Below are positions 40,500 through 54,729 of a stretch of DNA of 64,000 nucleotides, piece after piece; within the stretch, counting starts at the first letter, position 1; each line of letters begins with the position of its first letter. The notes beneath the pieces were generated by a model. The model had not been told where the DNA came from and ran no database searches. It saw nothing but the letters and a program-made list of their open reading frames with translations. This DNA comes from Eledone cirrhosa (taxonomy: Eukaryota). Both the position numbers and the translations under genes were made by a program. The stretch spans positions 15,190,001 to 15,254,000 of the forward strand of contig OZ024765.1 of assembly GCA_964016885.1 (NCBI GenBank), given 5' to 3'.

Positions 40500-40551
40500 A
40501 TTTTATTATACATATTTCGGATTACAACAGTACGTCCTCATCAGACAAAAT
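40500..40551 (-). ncRNA. Type I hammerhead ribozyme motif (family A), intact
   Basis: ATTTTGT-CTGATGA-GGA cgtactgttgtaa TCC-GAAAT ATGT ATA|ATAAAAT. Confidence 0.8.
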
Positions 40552-40621
40552 ATAATGATACATGACTACCTTGATTAAATCTTAACCATTTAACATCTCA
40601 GGGTATGTCATGTATCATTAT

Positions 40622-40674
40622 ATTTTGTCTGATGAGGACCTACTTTTGTACATCCGAAATATGTACAATAAAAT
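40622..40674 (+). ncRNA. Hammerhead motif (family A) with mutated cleavage triplet
   Basis: CTGATGA-GGA..TCC-GAAAT ATGT ACA|ATAAAAT; ACA violates the NUH rule. Confidence 0.65.
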
Positions 40675-40814
40675 GTAATTGATCAAAAGAACATCTATTT
40701 TATTAATATTTGTATTTTAATATTAATAACTCTGGAAAATTATTTTACCGTAGAGTGCTTCCAATCTAGTGTAAAACTCATTCCTTGATATACTCACTGA
40801 ATCTTGTTTAACTC

Positions 40815-41432
<618 letters not shown>

Positions 41433-41620
41433 ATTTTCTTATGTTTTTCTTTTCATCTTTGGTTGAGGCGAAAGAAGTTTTCTTTTGAAATGTCTATAAC
41501 GTCTCAATCAGACACAATTCTTTGACGTCATCACATATTTACATGTACCGGATATATTTGCCATGAACGCTGATCAAAGACAAAGTTAAACTACTTACTG
41601 TAACCATGTGGCACATTTTA

Positions 41621-41653
<33 letters not shown>

Positions 41654-41742
41654 GGGTGTGTTGGTGTGTGTATATAGATGTGTGCATGTATCTATATATG
41701 CATTTATATATGTATATACAGATATGTATATATATGTATTTA

Positions 41743-41796
<54 letters not shown>

Positions 41797-41799
41797 TAA

Positions 41800-41858
<59 letters not shown>

Positions 41859-41954
41859 TATATTTGGGTGCGTCGTATATCTAGGCATTTATTATTCACC
41901 CGTACATGTGTATATGTACATTTGCATACATACATACATACATACATACATACA

Positions 41955-42025
<71 letters not shown>

Positions 42026-42289
42026 GTGTATAATAACATTAACAAATATGCTGATGTTACGTATATATGACAGAATGAGAGAACACATATAGAATTTTCT
42101 CTTTGGAGATCATATCTGCTTTTAGGCATGTTGTATTGAAAACAAAACCATAAGCACATATCTATATATACGTTTATAGTTTTAATATGGTGGCCGTCCT
42201 GTCTCCGATTTTCTGGTTGTGCAGGGATTTATTCCCAGTCGACAATATGTTCAGTATAGACTGTCGATGAAGAACTCAGAGCTGTACGG

Positions 42290-42555
42290 GAACCGCTCAA
42301 AAGTCAGCTCGAGAGTAGGCTGGTGATAGCTGGCCATGTTCACCGACGTCCAGAGTTGACACTGCACTCAGTGCTCCTGTGGGAGCCACTACACGGACAC
42401 ACTGGAAGTGGGAGACCGAGGTTAAGGTAAGTTGATGCCCTAAGGATATACACTGGTCTCTTGGAAAAGCAGGACATGGCAGTGATGATGACGGACAGAG
42501 ACCGCTGGAGAGAACTCGTCCATTTATCTCCGGAATTTTACCCGCTATAGATAGA
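42290..42555 (+). mobile_element. LINE (RTE-like) 3' end fragment
   Basis: Translates AGHVHRRPELTLHSVLLWEPLHGHTGSGRPR..DRDRWRELV; ends in (TAGA)n; homolog at 59070-59310. Confidence 0.8.
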
Positions 42556-42589
42556 TGTGTGTGTTATGTATTTCCGAAGAAAAAGCAAA

Positions 42590-42649
<60 letters not shown>

Positions 42650-42651
<2 letters not shown>

Positions 42652-42952
42652 AGGAGGTTATAGTTCACTTGAAGCATTGTGTAATGAGGTATAAACGTTT
42701 GAATATGTGTAATAAAGCCAAAACAATGCAGGTATGGACATAGAAAACAGAATGCAATTGTAAAAGATATTGTTGACAATTCGTCCTTTACCTTGAATTT
42801 ATTTAAATGTCCTTAATTTTCGAGATAATATCTCTTCTTCAGAGGGAAATAAAGGTCTCAAACCAGCGTTCTGGTTTGAGACCTTTGTCAACAATATCTT
42901 TTACAATTGCATTCTGTTTTCTATGTCCATACCCGCATTGTTTTGGCTTTAT

Positions 42953-42956
<4 letters not shown>
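42650..42956. mobile_element. (TA)n-embedded fold-back island with minimal HHR-like motif and internal perfect hairpin
   Basis: Arms ~42704-42779 and ~42885-42956; 16-bp hairpin at 42851-42886; minus strand CCCT-CTGAAGA-AGAGAT att ATCTC-GAAAATTA|AGG at 42810-42847. Confidence 0.6.
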
Positions 42957-43001
<45 letters not shown>

Positions 43002-43381
43002 CGAAGGAAGTGGCGTAAGGAACCAGGTGGACCATAAGGCACTAGAGTACTCGATTCTTAGGGTAGTAGAGTGGATAATAGGAAAAGAGTCAGGAGCCCG
43101 ACGGCTGAGCTCCGGCCGTTACGACAGCTGTCGATCTCGTTACCAAGAATTTTTTGTTACACCGAATTATTTTATTATACCCCGTGAATTTCGTTGTAAC
43201 GGAATTTTACTGCATATTTTTATGTGTACAAACGTTTATATATATATATATTAAAATAAGAGATTAAAGTTTAAGCAAAGAATCACTGCTTTCACCCTTA
43301 ACGGGATCTTCTACATTTGATATATATTTATCCTTATCAGTTTTACAGTTTACACTTATTATTATTACTATATATAATAGT

Positions 43382-43562
43382 AATTGTTTCTACTTTTGGC
43401 ACAAGGCCAGTAATTATCCCAGTGTATTACTGATCCTTTATTTTATCGACCCCATAAGGATGAAAGGCAAATTTAACCTAGGCCGGATTTAAACTAAAAC
43501 CATAAAGGGCCGTAACTCTTTGCTGCAAAGCATGGCGTCCGACCCTCTATCGATACTGCCAG
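43382..43562 (-). mobile_element. SINE family 1
   Basis: Family core and head. Confidence 0.8.
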
Positions 43563-44620
43563 TAATAAGAATAAGTGTGAAGTGTAAAATCCAAAGAGGG
43601 CTCGATTAGGATAAATATATATCAAACCACCATGATTTGAACCAGCAATTCCAAAATTAGAACTGAATCACCTAGATTTTAGCATATAGAATACTGCTAT
43701 TAGCTGTCAAAAGGCCAACTGGTCACTGGACCATAAATCTCTGAACATCTCTTTCCCCCTCTTTCCCTGAAACAGTATCAACCCCATTAAGATAGAACAA
43801 TCAGCAAAACATTTACAACACACGTTTGTCAAACCTCCCTTCACAATCCACCCCTAGCCCTTAAATCTCATACATATAACCCCCAATTCATCTCTAATTT
43901 ATTGCTTTTTCTTTTTTCTTTTATCTGTCACTACATCAAACCCTCTACACGTATCTATGTATATTTCGAATTTGGTTTTTCATGTTAGAACTAAACCCAC
44001 CAAAGACTCCTTTTAAGAACACTTACTCACCACCACTACAAACATACTCTGTACTTATATGCTCTCTCTTATCCTTATTTCTTTCTTTATATTTTCCATT
44101 TTCTTATTTTCTTACTTTTTTAATGCATCCTATCTTATCTTTTACTTTTTACATCTGTAACTTCTCTACCTATTTACCATATATATTTTATTATTGATGT
44201 TATTGTTTTGATTATACGCTATTCTTCTATATATGTCTTGTCTCGAGTGAATTATTTCTACGAACTCTGATGTGTTGATCAGAGTTAAATAATGTAATGG
44301 AGATCGAGTGACGCAACTTCAAGCGATTAGCAGCCTCTAGACGCACCTGATCAATGAAACAATTGTCAGTACTTGAAATAAAGCCCCTTATTGTACAGCC
44401 AACCATGTTACTCTTTATTCTTTCTATATATATATATATATATATACTTATCATTAGCTACTATATATATATATATATATATATTTATCATTAGCTACTC
44501 TCTCTATATATATATATATGAAAAAATGGGGAGAAGAATACTGCTGGTTGCACATGGATAACATGTAATAAAATAAGTCCCTCATCAGTGATTTGCCGAC
44601 GATCAGAGATATTTCATTGC

Positions 44621-44657
<37 letters not shown>

Positions 44658-45088
44658 TAATAAAAATAATTAATAAAAACAAAGAAACAGTTCCTTATAT
44701 TAAAAAATTCATCATTTTACGATCGTTTCTAGGATATATATATGTGTGTGTTGGTATGTATATCATATAGATCTATGTAAAATGTTTACAAACTATCAGA
44801 GGGAATATACATACCTACACATATATATGCTGTCTTCAGAAATAATGATATTTGTTTATTGAAAAAAACCAACAAAGATTCAATATAATAGGTCTGTTTG
44901 GGAACAGGTTTTGAATTGACCAATAGAAAAGTATATATATATATATATATATATATATGGAAAGTTATATTTAAATTGTTGGGTTACAACTAGTAAATAT
45001 TTATAACTGATATAAAAGCACTCAACAAGTATTTGGAGTATATTTACGATATTAAATAAATGGAAACTATATTTATAAAACCATATTT

Positions 45089-45152
45089 ATTTCATTATAT
45101 ATATTTCAGGGATATCATATTAACAATATGTTATGCCTTCTTCAGACAAAAT
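45089..45152 (-). ncRNA. Type I hammerhead ribozyme motif (family A)
   Basis: ATTTTGT-CTGAAGA-AGG cataaCATATT gtt AATATG atatc CCT-GAAAT ATAT ATA|ATGAAAT. Confidence 0.8.
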
Positions 45153-45325
45153 ACAATATAGACAGTTTTATAGATAAATAGATTTGACATACCGTTCAAC
45201 ATCGACTTGTATTTGAAAAAGTTGATTTGGCAGATCAACTTTGACTGCCAAATCAACTTTTTCAAATACAAGTCGATGTTGAACGGTATGTCAAATCTAT
45301 TTATCTATAAAACTGTCTATATTGT

Positions 45326-45389
45326 ATTTTGTCTGAGGAAGGCATAGCATATTGTTAATATGATATCCCTGAAATATATATAATGAAAT
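45326..45389 (+). ncRNA. Type I hammerhead ribozyme motif (family A)
   Basis: ATTTTGT-CTGAGGA-AGG...CCT-GAAAT ATAT ATA|ATGAAAT. Confidence 0.8.
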
Positions 45390-46834
45390 AAATATGGTTT
45401 TATAAATATAGTTTCCATTTATTTAATATCGTAAATATATATATATATATATAATATAAAACATGTAGAGGAAATCTTTTTATTTTTAGTACTGACTTAA
45501 AGTTCAAGTAAACAATTTCTGCTTTCACCCTAAAGCGGTTTCTTCAGTAACTCGGCGTTTACGTATTAATGAAATAGCTAATATATGTAGTAAATCACTC
45601 AACATTTAAAATTAATTGCAATTGATTGTATTTCGTTAGAAGAAGTATTGGGTGTTCATCGGGGGGCTGGATTTTTGTTTTATTCAATATGTTATTACGA
45701 GTGAAGATAATGGTAGTCTTCATGGGGGTAGTAGTAGCAGGTACACAATCTGGTTGTGGTGGGAGTGATAATGGATAGGTTTTATTCTTGAGATGTTAAT
45801 AAATATTTATATAGTTGTGTCTGTATGTATGTACCCGTAATTCCCGATGGGAACTTTAGGGGCGCCGTATTATCCTACCAGCGTTTCCTCGGGCATTTTA
45901 ATCTATGTGGAGAGCATCGCCTTTCTCCAGATCTGAAAACAGATTTCTTCCAGAGAAGGATAGAAAGTGAGATCGAGGATGTGGGAAAGAGAGATAGAGG
46001 AAGAATCGGTCCCAATACTAGGTGTAATAATTGTTATCGACCACGAGAGTGAGGTCAGATTTAGACCTTGTGAGAAACGGGGCACTTCGGGTTTTTGCTC
46101 ATACGCAAAAATAAAGTAAATTAGAATACACAGCAAAGCTCCAATTTTACTTATCCAAGTCATCTTCGTGCAAGTAATTGAAATATAAAAGTTATGTATA
46201 CAGGTGTTAAATAAAAAAAAAACTCTAATCCTCCTAAAATTAAAAAGCCCATGAGAGGGTACAAATAAATTGTTATAGCTGGTGTGACCCCCCCCCCCCC
46301 GGGGGGGGCAGGGGTTCAAGGGAAATTGTAACCTTTGCTCTCCCCTATTAAATATAGTAGCCCTACCCGAGAGAAAGAAAGGTAAAGTTGACCTTGATGG
46401 GATTTGAACTGGCAGAGACGAAAACCAAAGCGGATGACGCAAATCATTCTATCTGACGTTCTAATGACTTTGCCATTTGGTTGCCAATTGTGTCTATGGC
46501 TTGTCTTTAAAACATTGATAGCTAAGATGGTTTCTAAGATGGTATCGGCGGCGTTTCTGTCTTAACCACGGGATCAACCGGTGGAAATTCAGTAGCTGTC
46601 ATTCTGTCATACTACTATTCTTTATATCAAGCTTTACGATGAGGTCCTTTCGTGGGTGATGAGGTATCTCATGGGGCTAATAGCAGGCCGTATCTCTAAA
46701 AGCAGATTTCAATTTATTGTAAGTTATACAATCCCCCCAACCTCCACCAACCCAGCTATCATTGCCATTAACTTAATCGATCTTACCAAATGTCTTCGAC
46801 TATCAGATTTGTGGATTTATGTGAAGGAGCAGCA

Positions 46835-46942
<108 letters not shown>

Positions 46943-47172
46943 ATTACAACTCAACATTTGATTGATAAATGAATATATCATTATCGTTGTTGTTATCTTA
47001 AAAGTCGATTAAGTGCCTTTTAGATTATAGAATTTACCCTGAACTCATTCACTCTCATATATAATATATATATATACTCACACACACACATATATATATG
47101 CATTTACAAATAAATATATATATATACATGATATATATATATAAATAAATGCATATATGTGTGTATATATAG

Positions 47173-47358
47173 ATAATTGTCTCTACTTTAGGCACAAGGC
47201 AAGCAAATACCCAGTGCATTACTGGTACTTTATTTTATCGACCCCGTAAGGATGAAAGGCAAAGTCAACCTCGGCGGGATTTGAACTCATCGTAAACGAA
47301 CTTAGCTATGCTGGAAAGCATGGCGTCCCACCCTCTACTGATACTGCCAATCCACCGC
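47173..47358 (-). mobile_element. SINE family 1
   Basis: Full-length match. Confidence 0.85.
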
Positions 47359-47372
47359 TGTGTATATATATA

Positions 47373-47412
<40 letters not shown>

Positions 47413-47415
<3 letters not shown>

Positions 47416-47630
47416 GGTGGCTGCCAACTCGTTTTCGAGTACGGCCACTACTTTATATCCATGTAGGAGAACCCCTACCGATGCGGTGAACGAATGTGAC
47501 TTTTTAGTCCAGCCAGCGACTTGAAAACTCTGGTACGAACACTACACTTGTGACAATTATTGACACATAGTGCTGGGCCCATGGTACCATGTGACGACAA
47601 GTGCAGAGAGATCTCCAGATATAAAGCAAT
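47413..47630 (-). mobile_element. RTE-type 3' fragment with terminal C2H2-like motif
   Basis: [26 protein letters not shown]; duplicated at 48088-48307, short copy at 52780-52857. Confidence 0.7.
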
Positions 47631-47753
47631 ATATATATACATACATATATATATATATACATACATATATATATATATACATACATATATATATACATAC
47701 ATATATACATACATATACATACATATATACATACATATATACACATACATACA

Positions 47754-47785
<32 letters not shown>

Positions 47786-47970
47786 CGCATATATACATAC
47801 ATATACACGTATATATACATACATATATATACGTATATATACATACATATATATACGTATATATACATACATATATATACGTATATATACACATATATAT
47901 ATATACGCATATATACACACATATATATATACATATACACACATACATATACACATACATATATATATAC

Positions 47971-48001
<31 letters not shown>

Positions 48002-48087
48002 CATATACATCTATATATACATACACATATACATACACATATACATATATATATACACATACATATACACACACACATACATACATA

Positions 48088-48646
48088 TATGGTGGCTGCC
48101 AACTCGTTTTCGAGTACGGCCACTACTTTATATCCATGTAGGAGAACCCCTACCGATGCGCTGAACGAGTGTGACTTTTTAGTCCAGCCAGCGACTTGAA
48201 AACTCTGGTACAAACACTCCACACCTGTGACAATTATTGACACATAGTGCTGGGCCCATGGTACCATGTGACGACAAGTGCAGAGAGATCTCCAGATATA
48301 AAGCAATGCCTGTGCCGTGAAGCTTTTATAGTGAGCAAAGGCACTGCACAAAGCCAGTCCCACTCTCTTAACCAAGATGATATTTACCAAAAAGAAGAAC
48401 AAGTCAACATCATTGGATACCATCAGGGTTGCAGGTGTTATATCAGAGTTTTCCTTCTCCTAGAATTCTGCCTTGACAAAGGCTAAGGGGTCATCTCTCC
48501 CGGTGATTTTGGATGGCCATTGACTCTTAAGAGCTCCTTTGCCCTTTGACAGGTTTTGTTTTTAGTCCTGCAGGATGTCCAAAGTCACCCTCCTCACCAA
48601 GAAACCTTGGTGGGGTTGCCAGTTTAGTCGCCAACGACCCGACCAT
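48088..48646 (-). mobile_element. ~560-bp non-autonomous RTE derivative (5' UTR head joined to 3' end)
   Basis: 3' part equals 47413-47630; 5' part has CTAGGAGAAGGAAAACTCTGA, which resembles RTE 5' UTRs; bounded by TA tracts. Confidence 0.6.
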
Positions 48647-48658
48647 GTATATATATAT

Positions 48659-48951
<293 letters not shown>

Positions 48952-49047
48952 TATATGCATTTATTTATTTATATATATATATAAATTTATACATATAGTC
49001 TTAATATTTTAAACATGAAAGATAGTGGTTAGAGTTCATTAAGAACA

Positions 49048-49765
49048 TAATTGTTTCTCCGTTAGGCACAAGGCCAGCAATTACCCAGTGTATTACTGGT
49101 ACTTTATTTTATCGACGCCGTAAGGATGAAAGGCAAAGTTAACCTCGGCGGGATTTGAACTCAGAATGGCAAGGGCCGTAACTCTATGCGTCAAAGCATG
49201 GCGTCCGACCTTCTACCGATACTGCCAATCCACCGCCCTTTAAGAACATAATAATATCAGGTGATTTTATCCGAGGCCGAAAATTTAATTATCTAAATGA
49301 GCTTGATAAGAAAAGTAATACCTCACGTGCATTTAAGGGGGGGAGGGGGTAGAGTCCTTTGAACGGAGGTCACGAAAACCTTCAACAACAAAACAATTTA
49401 GCTACTTTATAGAGGGTCGGACGCCATGCTTTCCAGCATAGTTACGTCCCTTTACGATCTGAGTTCAAATCCCGCCGAGGAAAACATTGCCTTTCATCTT
49501 TACGGGGTCGATAAAATAAAGTACCAGTAATGCACTGGTTAATTGCTGGTCTTGTGCCAACATTAGAAACAATTATTTATTATTTTATCTTTATATAGGG
49601 GCGGTGGATTGGCAGTATCGGTAGAAGGCCGGACGCCATACTTTGACGCATAGAGTTACGGCCCTTGCCATTCTGAGTTCAAATCCCGCCGAGGTAAACT
49701 TTTCCTTTCATCCTTACGGGGTCGATAAAATAAAGTACCAGTAATGCACTGAGTAATCGCTGGAT
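49048..49765. mobile_element. Three SINE family 1 copies (49048-49240 minus; 49410-49573 and 49598-49765 plus)
   Basis: The first copy is flanked by the direct repeat TAAGAACATAAT (TSD). Confidence 0.85.
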
Positions 49766-50162
49766 TGAAAGAAAGTTGACCCTGAAATGGGTATATAAAT
49801 CTATATACTACTAAAACACTGTGATTGCTTGCTTGCTAGCTTGCTTGTCTATAATGTAATTCAGCCAAAAGGGCGCATAATGGAAAATACTTTGAAAGGA
49901 AGTGCACCCTGAAATAGGTATACAAATCTATATACTACTTAAACACTGTGATTGCTGCTTGGTTGCTTGTCTATAATGTAATTCAGCCAAAAGGGCGAAT
50001 AATGGGAAAATACATTGAAAGGAGGTTGACTCTGAAATAGGTATACAAATCTATATACTACTTAAACTCTGTGATTGCTTGCTTGCTTGCTTGTCTGTAA
50101 TATAATACAGTCCAAAGGGCGCATAATGGGTAAGTACTTTGAAAAGAAGTTGCCCCTGAAAT
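49765..50162 (+). repeat. Three ~125-bp tandem units, possibly a Helitron-like 5' end
   Basis: ATCTATATACTACT(T)AAACACTGTGATTGCT at 49799, 49926 and 50049. Confidence 0.6.
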
Positions 50163-50164
50163 GT

Positions 50165-52197
50165 GCAAAAAAAAGTGTGTCTACAATGATAATAGAGTAC
50201 TTGCCCTCACTGAGGCTGTAAAGAAGGTAGCAAGGAAGAGCCACTATGAAAGACTACTAAATAAAGAGAAAGAATGGGACAAAGATACTTTGCCCCAAGT
50301 TGATCCAACAGAGGGACTGGCTGTTCAAGTTAGTAGTAGTATAGTAAGTAAGGCAATCAAAGATATGAAGACAGGCAAGGCAGCTAGACCTTCAGGGATA
50401 GTTGCTGAGATATTGTAAGTGTATGAGATAGTGAGGCACACCATACTCTCCTGTATAGTAAACCAAGTTATGCAAAATGGTGTCATACCTAATGACTGGA
50501 GTAGCAGCATCACTGTCATCTGCTACAAGGGCAATCTCTAGACCAGTGGTTCTCAACCGGGGTCCACATGGACCCTGGGGGTCCATGTAATATTCCTGGG
50601 GGTCCACAGGCCAAAAATTAGAATAAGCTTTTCTTTTGTTGAATAGCTATGAGGGGGTCCCCCCCCCCCCCAAAAAAAATAAGGGAAAAGAGGTCCATGA
50701 GTAAAAAAAGGTTGAGAACCACTGCTCTGGACAGATAAAACTATAGAGGCATTTGGTTGACTAGGTCAAGAAGTTTACAGGTAGAGTTATTGCACTGCTG
50801 ATTAGGCACTGAATTAACCTTGATGAAATGCAGTTTGGGTTTGTGCCAGGTAAAAGTGCCACAGATGCTCTTTTCCTTGTGAAGAAACTGTAGAAGTATC
50901 TGTCTAAAAGTAAACCCCTCTACTTAGCTTTTGTTGACTTGGAGAAAGCCTTTGACAGAGTGCTCCATTTCATTATGTTGTGGACTCTTAGAAAACTAGG
51001 AGTAGATGAGTAGAAAGCTATACAAGCCATGTATAGAGGAACAGTCAGCAAGGTTAGAAATGAAAATGACTATAGTGAAGAATTTAACATATTGGCATTC
51101 ATCAGGGCTGTTTTTAGCTTTCTCCTGTTTAGTATTGCCCTATAAGTGAAGGATTTAAGACTAGCTGCCCATGGGAACTTCTGTATGCATATGATCTAAC
51201 TCTCATAGCTGAATCTATGGCAGAATTAGAGTAGAAATTCCAAACCTGGAAGCATGGCCTTGAATCAAAAGTTCTTAAATTTAACTTGTCTAAAACTAAA
51301 TTCCTAGTAAGTAGAAAGGTAAATAGGGCCATGCTCTGTGTTCAGGAAGGGCGTAGGTAAGTAGTCTATTCTATGTCCCAAATGCAAGCTATAGGTAAAT
51401 AAAAGATGTAGTGGGATCACAGGTAGGCTATCTAAGAACATTGTTTTTATATGTGGCCAATGTTGAGGTGCAGTAAGTAGCAAGTGGCCACAGGATACTA
51501 GTTCCTTCAAATGCCCAGACAGTTCTATAGAAGTAATCAACATTTTCTGTTACCTGGGTGATTAAATCAGCAGTGGAGGAGGGTGTTCTGAAAGTACAGT
51601 AGCCAGAGTAAGAGTGGGATAGAGGAAATTCCTACCACTGTTAGCTATAAAAGCTTTCACCTTTAAAATGAAGGGCTTCCCTTACAATGAAGGGCAGATT
51701 GTATGATGCATGTATATGAACAGCAATGTTACATGGAAAGAAATGAAGCATGCATGCTTCAATGGATGTATAATAGTAATATACATGCATAGTAAAGTAT
51801 AAATGAACTGAGAGAGAAAATAGGCATAAGAGGAATCAGATGCAGTGTGTTAGAAACGAGATTATATTGGTATGGTCATGTGATGTATATGAAAGATGGC
51901 AGTATAAAAAGGTGCTGGAAAATCAAAGATGATGGAGTAAGTAGACCTGGGAGGAGGTGATAAAAGCTGACCTTGCACAATTGCACCTCTCAAAGACAAT
52001 GACACAAGATCCAGATCTTTGGTGTCATCCTGTAATAAAGACACACCACCAATGTCCTTGGGCTCCAACATACATCTAGGAGGCCCTTCTTAGCCACTAT
52101 ACCCCCTTCCAAACACCCAGGTCGGTCTGCACCACTCTTACACTCTAAAGAGGTTGTGTAGGTTGTCATGACAAAAAGCACCCAGCCTACACTGTAA
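50165..52197 (+). mobile_element. Heavily decayed RTE-like LINE (RT region to 3' tail)
   Basis: SHYERLLN..AIKDMKTGKAARPSGIVAE, IPNDW, QFGFVPGKSATDA, AFVDLEKAFDRV, LLYAYDL, FCYLGD and WYGHVM motifs across many stops and frameshifts. Confidence 0.9.
50544..50724. mobile_element. hAT (Charlie-like) MITE inserted in the LINE
   Basis: TIR CAGTGGTTCTCAACC / GGTTGAGAACCACTG; 8-bp TSD CTCTAGAC / CTCTGGAC. Confidence 0.9.
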
Positions 52198-52915
52198 TAT
52201 ATATACCATACATATACACATATATACATGCATATATACATATTCACATACATACATGTACATATATATATATACATGCATTTATACATATATTTATTAA
52301 TTTATACATACATCTTTATATATATATATATACACACATATATACATATATTTATATATATATATACACACATATATACATATATTTATTAATATATGCA
52401 TATATATATATACATACATGTTTATATATATATACACACACATATATATATATACACACATATATACATATACACTAATATATACATATACATGCATATA
52501 TACATATATAAGCATATATACATGTACATATATATATATACATGCATATATACATATACATATATATATATACATGCATATATACATATACATATACATA
52601 TATACATGCATATATATATACATGCATATATACATATACTTGCGTATATACATGCATATATATATCTACATGCATATATACATATACTTGCATATATACA
52701 TGCATGCATATGTATATATACATGCATATATACATATACATGCATATATACATGTACACATGTATATATATACATAAATATGGTGGCTGCCAACTCGTTT
52801 TCGAGTACGGCCACTACTTTATATCCATGTAGGAGAACCCCTACCGATGGGCTGAACATTGAGCACTTTGGTGCGTTATGGTCCATCTGGTTCCTTACCA
52901 CATTTCCTTCGTTAT

Positions 52916-53010
<95 letters not shown>

Positions 53011-53249
53011 GAGACAAATATGTATGTGTATATATATATATATAGAGAGAGAGAGTGAGAGACAAATATGTATGTGTATATATATATATATATTAATTTG
53101 TTGGGATTCAACAAGCTTAAACATTTGTATAAAGCACTCAACCGTGGTATCACCCTAAATAAATCTCCACTATCCAGGAAGCTCCAACTGTTAAGGTTGT
53201 CTTTTTTCAGAGTATTTCAATATTTATTTATAAAACTAATCTCTATTGT

Positions 53250-53313
53250 ATTTTATCTGATGAAAGCGCACCATAATTTGCCTTCGTGGCCCTTGAAATA
53301 TGTATAATAAAAT
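53250..53313 (+). ncRNA. Type I hammerhead ribozyme motif (family A) in TA-embedded island 53095-53360
   Basis: ATTTTAT-CTGATGA-AAG...CTT-GAAAT ATGT ATA|ATAAAAT; downstream AAATATGGTTTTATAAATATAGTTTCC is shared with 45390-45417. Confidence 0.8.
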
Positions 53314-53655
53314 AAATATGGTTTTATAAATATAGTTTCCTTTGTTAATATATTGTATATATATATATAAATATATATACACATGTAGTTTTTATGAGTT
53401 GTTTATCGTCTTCAAATGATGACAAGTAACATTAGGTTTGTTGTAAAGCGTATATATATATATATGATTCATATGTCATATATATGAATTATTATACACC
53501 AGGCGTTGATGATAAGCCTTTCATCTGCATATACACGCTATTTATTGCATTGTTTCACTTCCTACATCTGGACATATATGCATTCTCATTTACAGTGTTA
53601 TATATACACACACACATGTATGTATATATATATATATATATACACGCACATATAC

Positions 53656-53686
<31 letters not shown>

Positions 53687-54103
53687 TATGTATTACACAC
53701 ACACATATATATATATATATACACACACATACATAGATACACACATATATATATACACATATATATACATATATATACATACATAGACACAAATATGTAT
53801 ACATACATACACACACATATAGATATACACACATATATAGATATATATATAGACACACTCATATGTATATACACACATACATACACATATACATACAGAC
53901 ATGCACATATATATATACACATACACACACTCATATATATACATACATACACACAAATATATATACATAAATATATATATAAACCCACACAAATATATAT
54001 ATACACATATATATATATATATAGACACACATATATGTATATACACATGCATACACATACAGACTCACGCATACATACACACATAGATCACAGGCACACA
54101 CTC

Positions 54104-54138
<35 letters not shown>

Positions 54139-54729
54139 TACGATGAAATATACGCGCAGGTGTAACTCTGTGGTTAAGAACATCGCTTTGATATGCTGTC
54201 AACTTGAACAATTGCTTTTTATTGTAGCCTTGGGAAATCATACGCAATTTATGTAGAAACCAACCGTGTGCGCACACACACACACACAATCACATACACA
54301 CGCATACAGACACACACACACATACACACACAACCAAAATACATACACCAATACACACACATCTAAACATAAACACGTACATACAGTATTCAAAGTTGTT
54401 TGTTTTAAAATATTTATAATTTGTCATAAACATATAAAGACAAAAAATATTTCATAATACTTATGCTTCAAAGATCAGCGTAATAAGAAATTTATTTAGA
54501 TGACATTTAAAAAACCGTTTCATCTTATGTACAAAGACAGGCATATTAATGAAAAATTAAGTTATACAACATAAAAAAAAAACCTTTTGGTATGTTCGTT
54601 ATGTTTCAAATACAAGCTTAATTTAGTTATATATCAGAACTGCCAACCTCTAAACACCCAAACGGGGAGTACCATGAAAAAATGTGCCCCAAAACGGGGA
54701 GAAATGAAGCAAAATGAGGAGATTTTACA

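Larger units (their letters stand above)
40451..40820. mobile_element. Family A fold-back element with two hammerheads
   Basis: Arms ~40451-40575 and ~40597-40723 plus a ~95-bp tail; flanked by (TA)n. Confidence 0.8.
44958..45440. mobile_element. Family A fold-back element, ~195-bp arms, two hammerheads
   Basis: 45039-45233 and 45245-45440 are near-perfect reverse complements around an 11-nt loop; tail at 44958-45038. Confidence 0.85.

Noticed and set aside
45510-45552. Minus-strand CTGAAGA..GAAAG hammerhead (relative at 43278-43315)
   Set aside because: Core-like, but stems I and III do not pair convincingly; at most a relic
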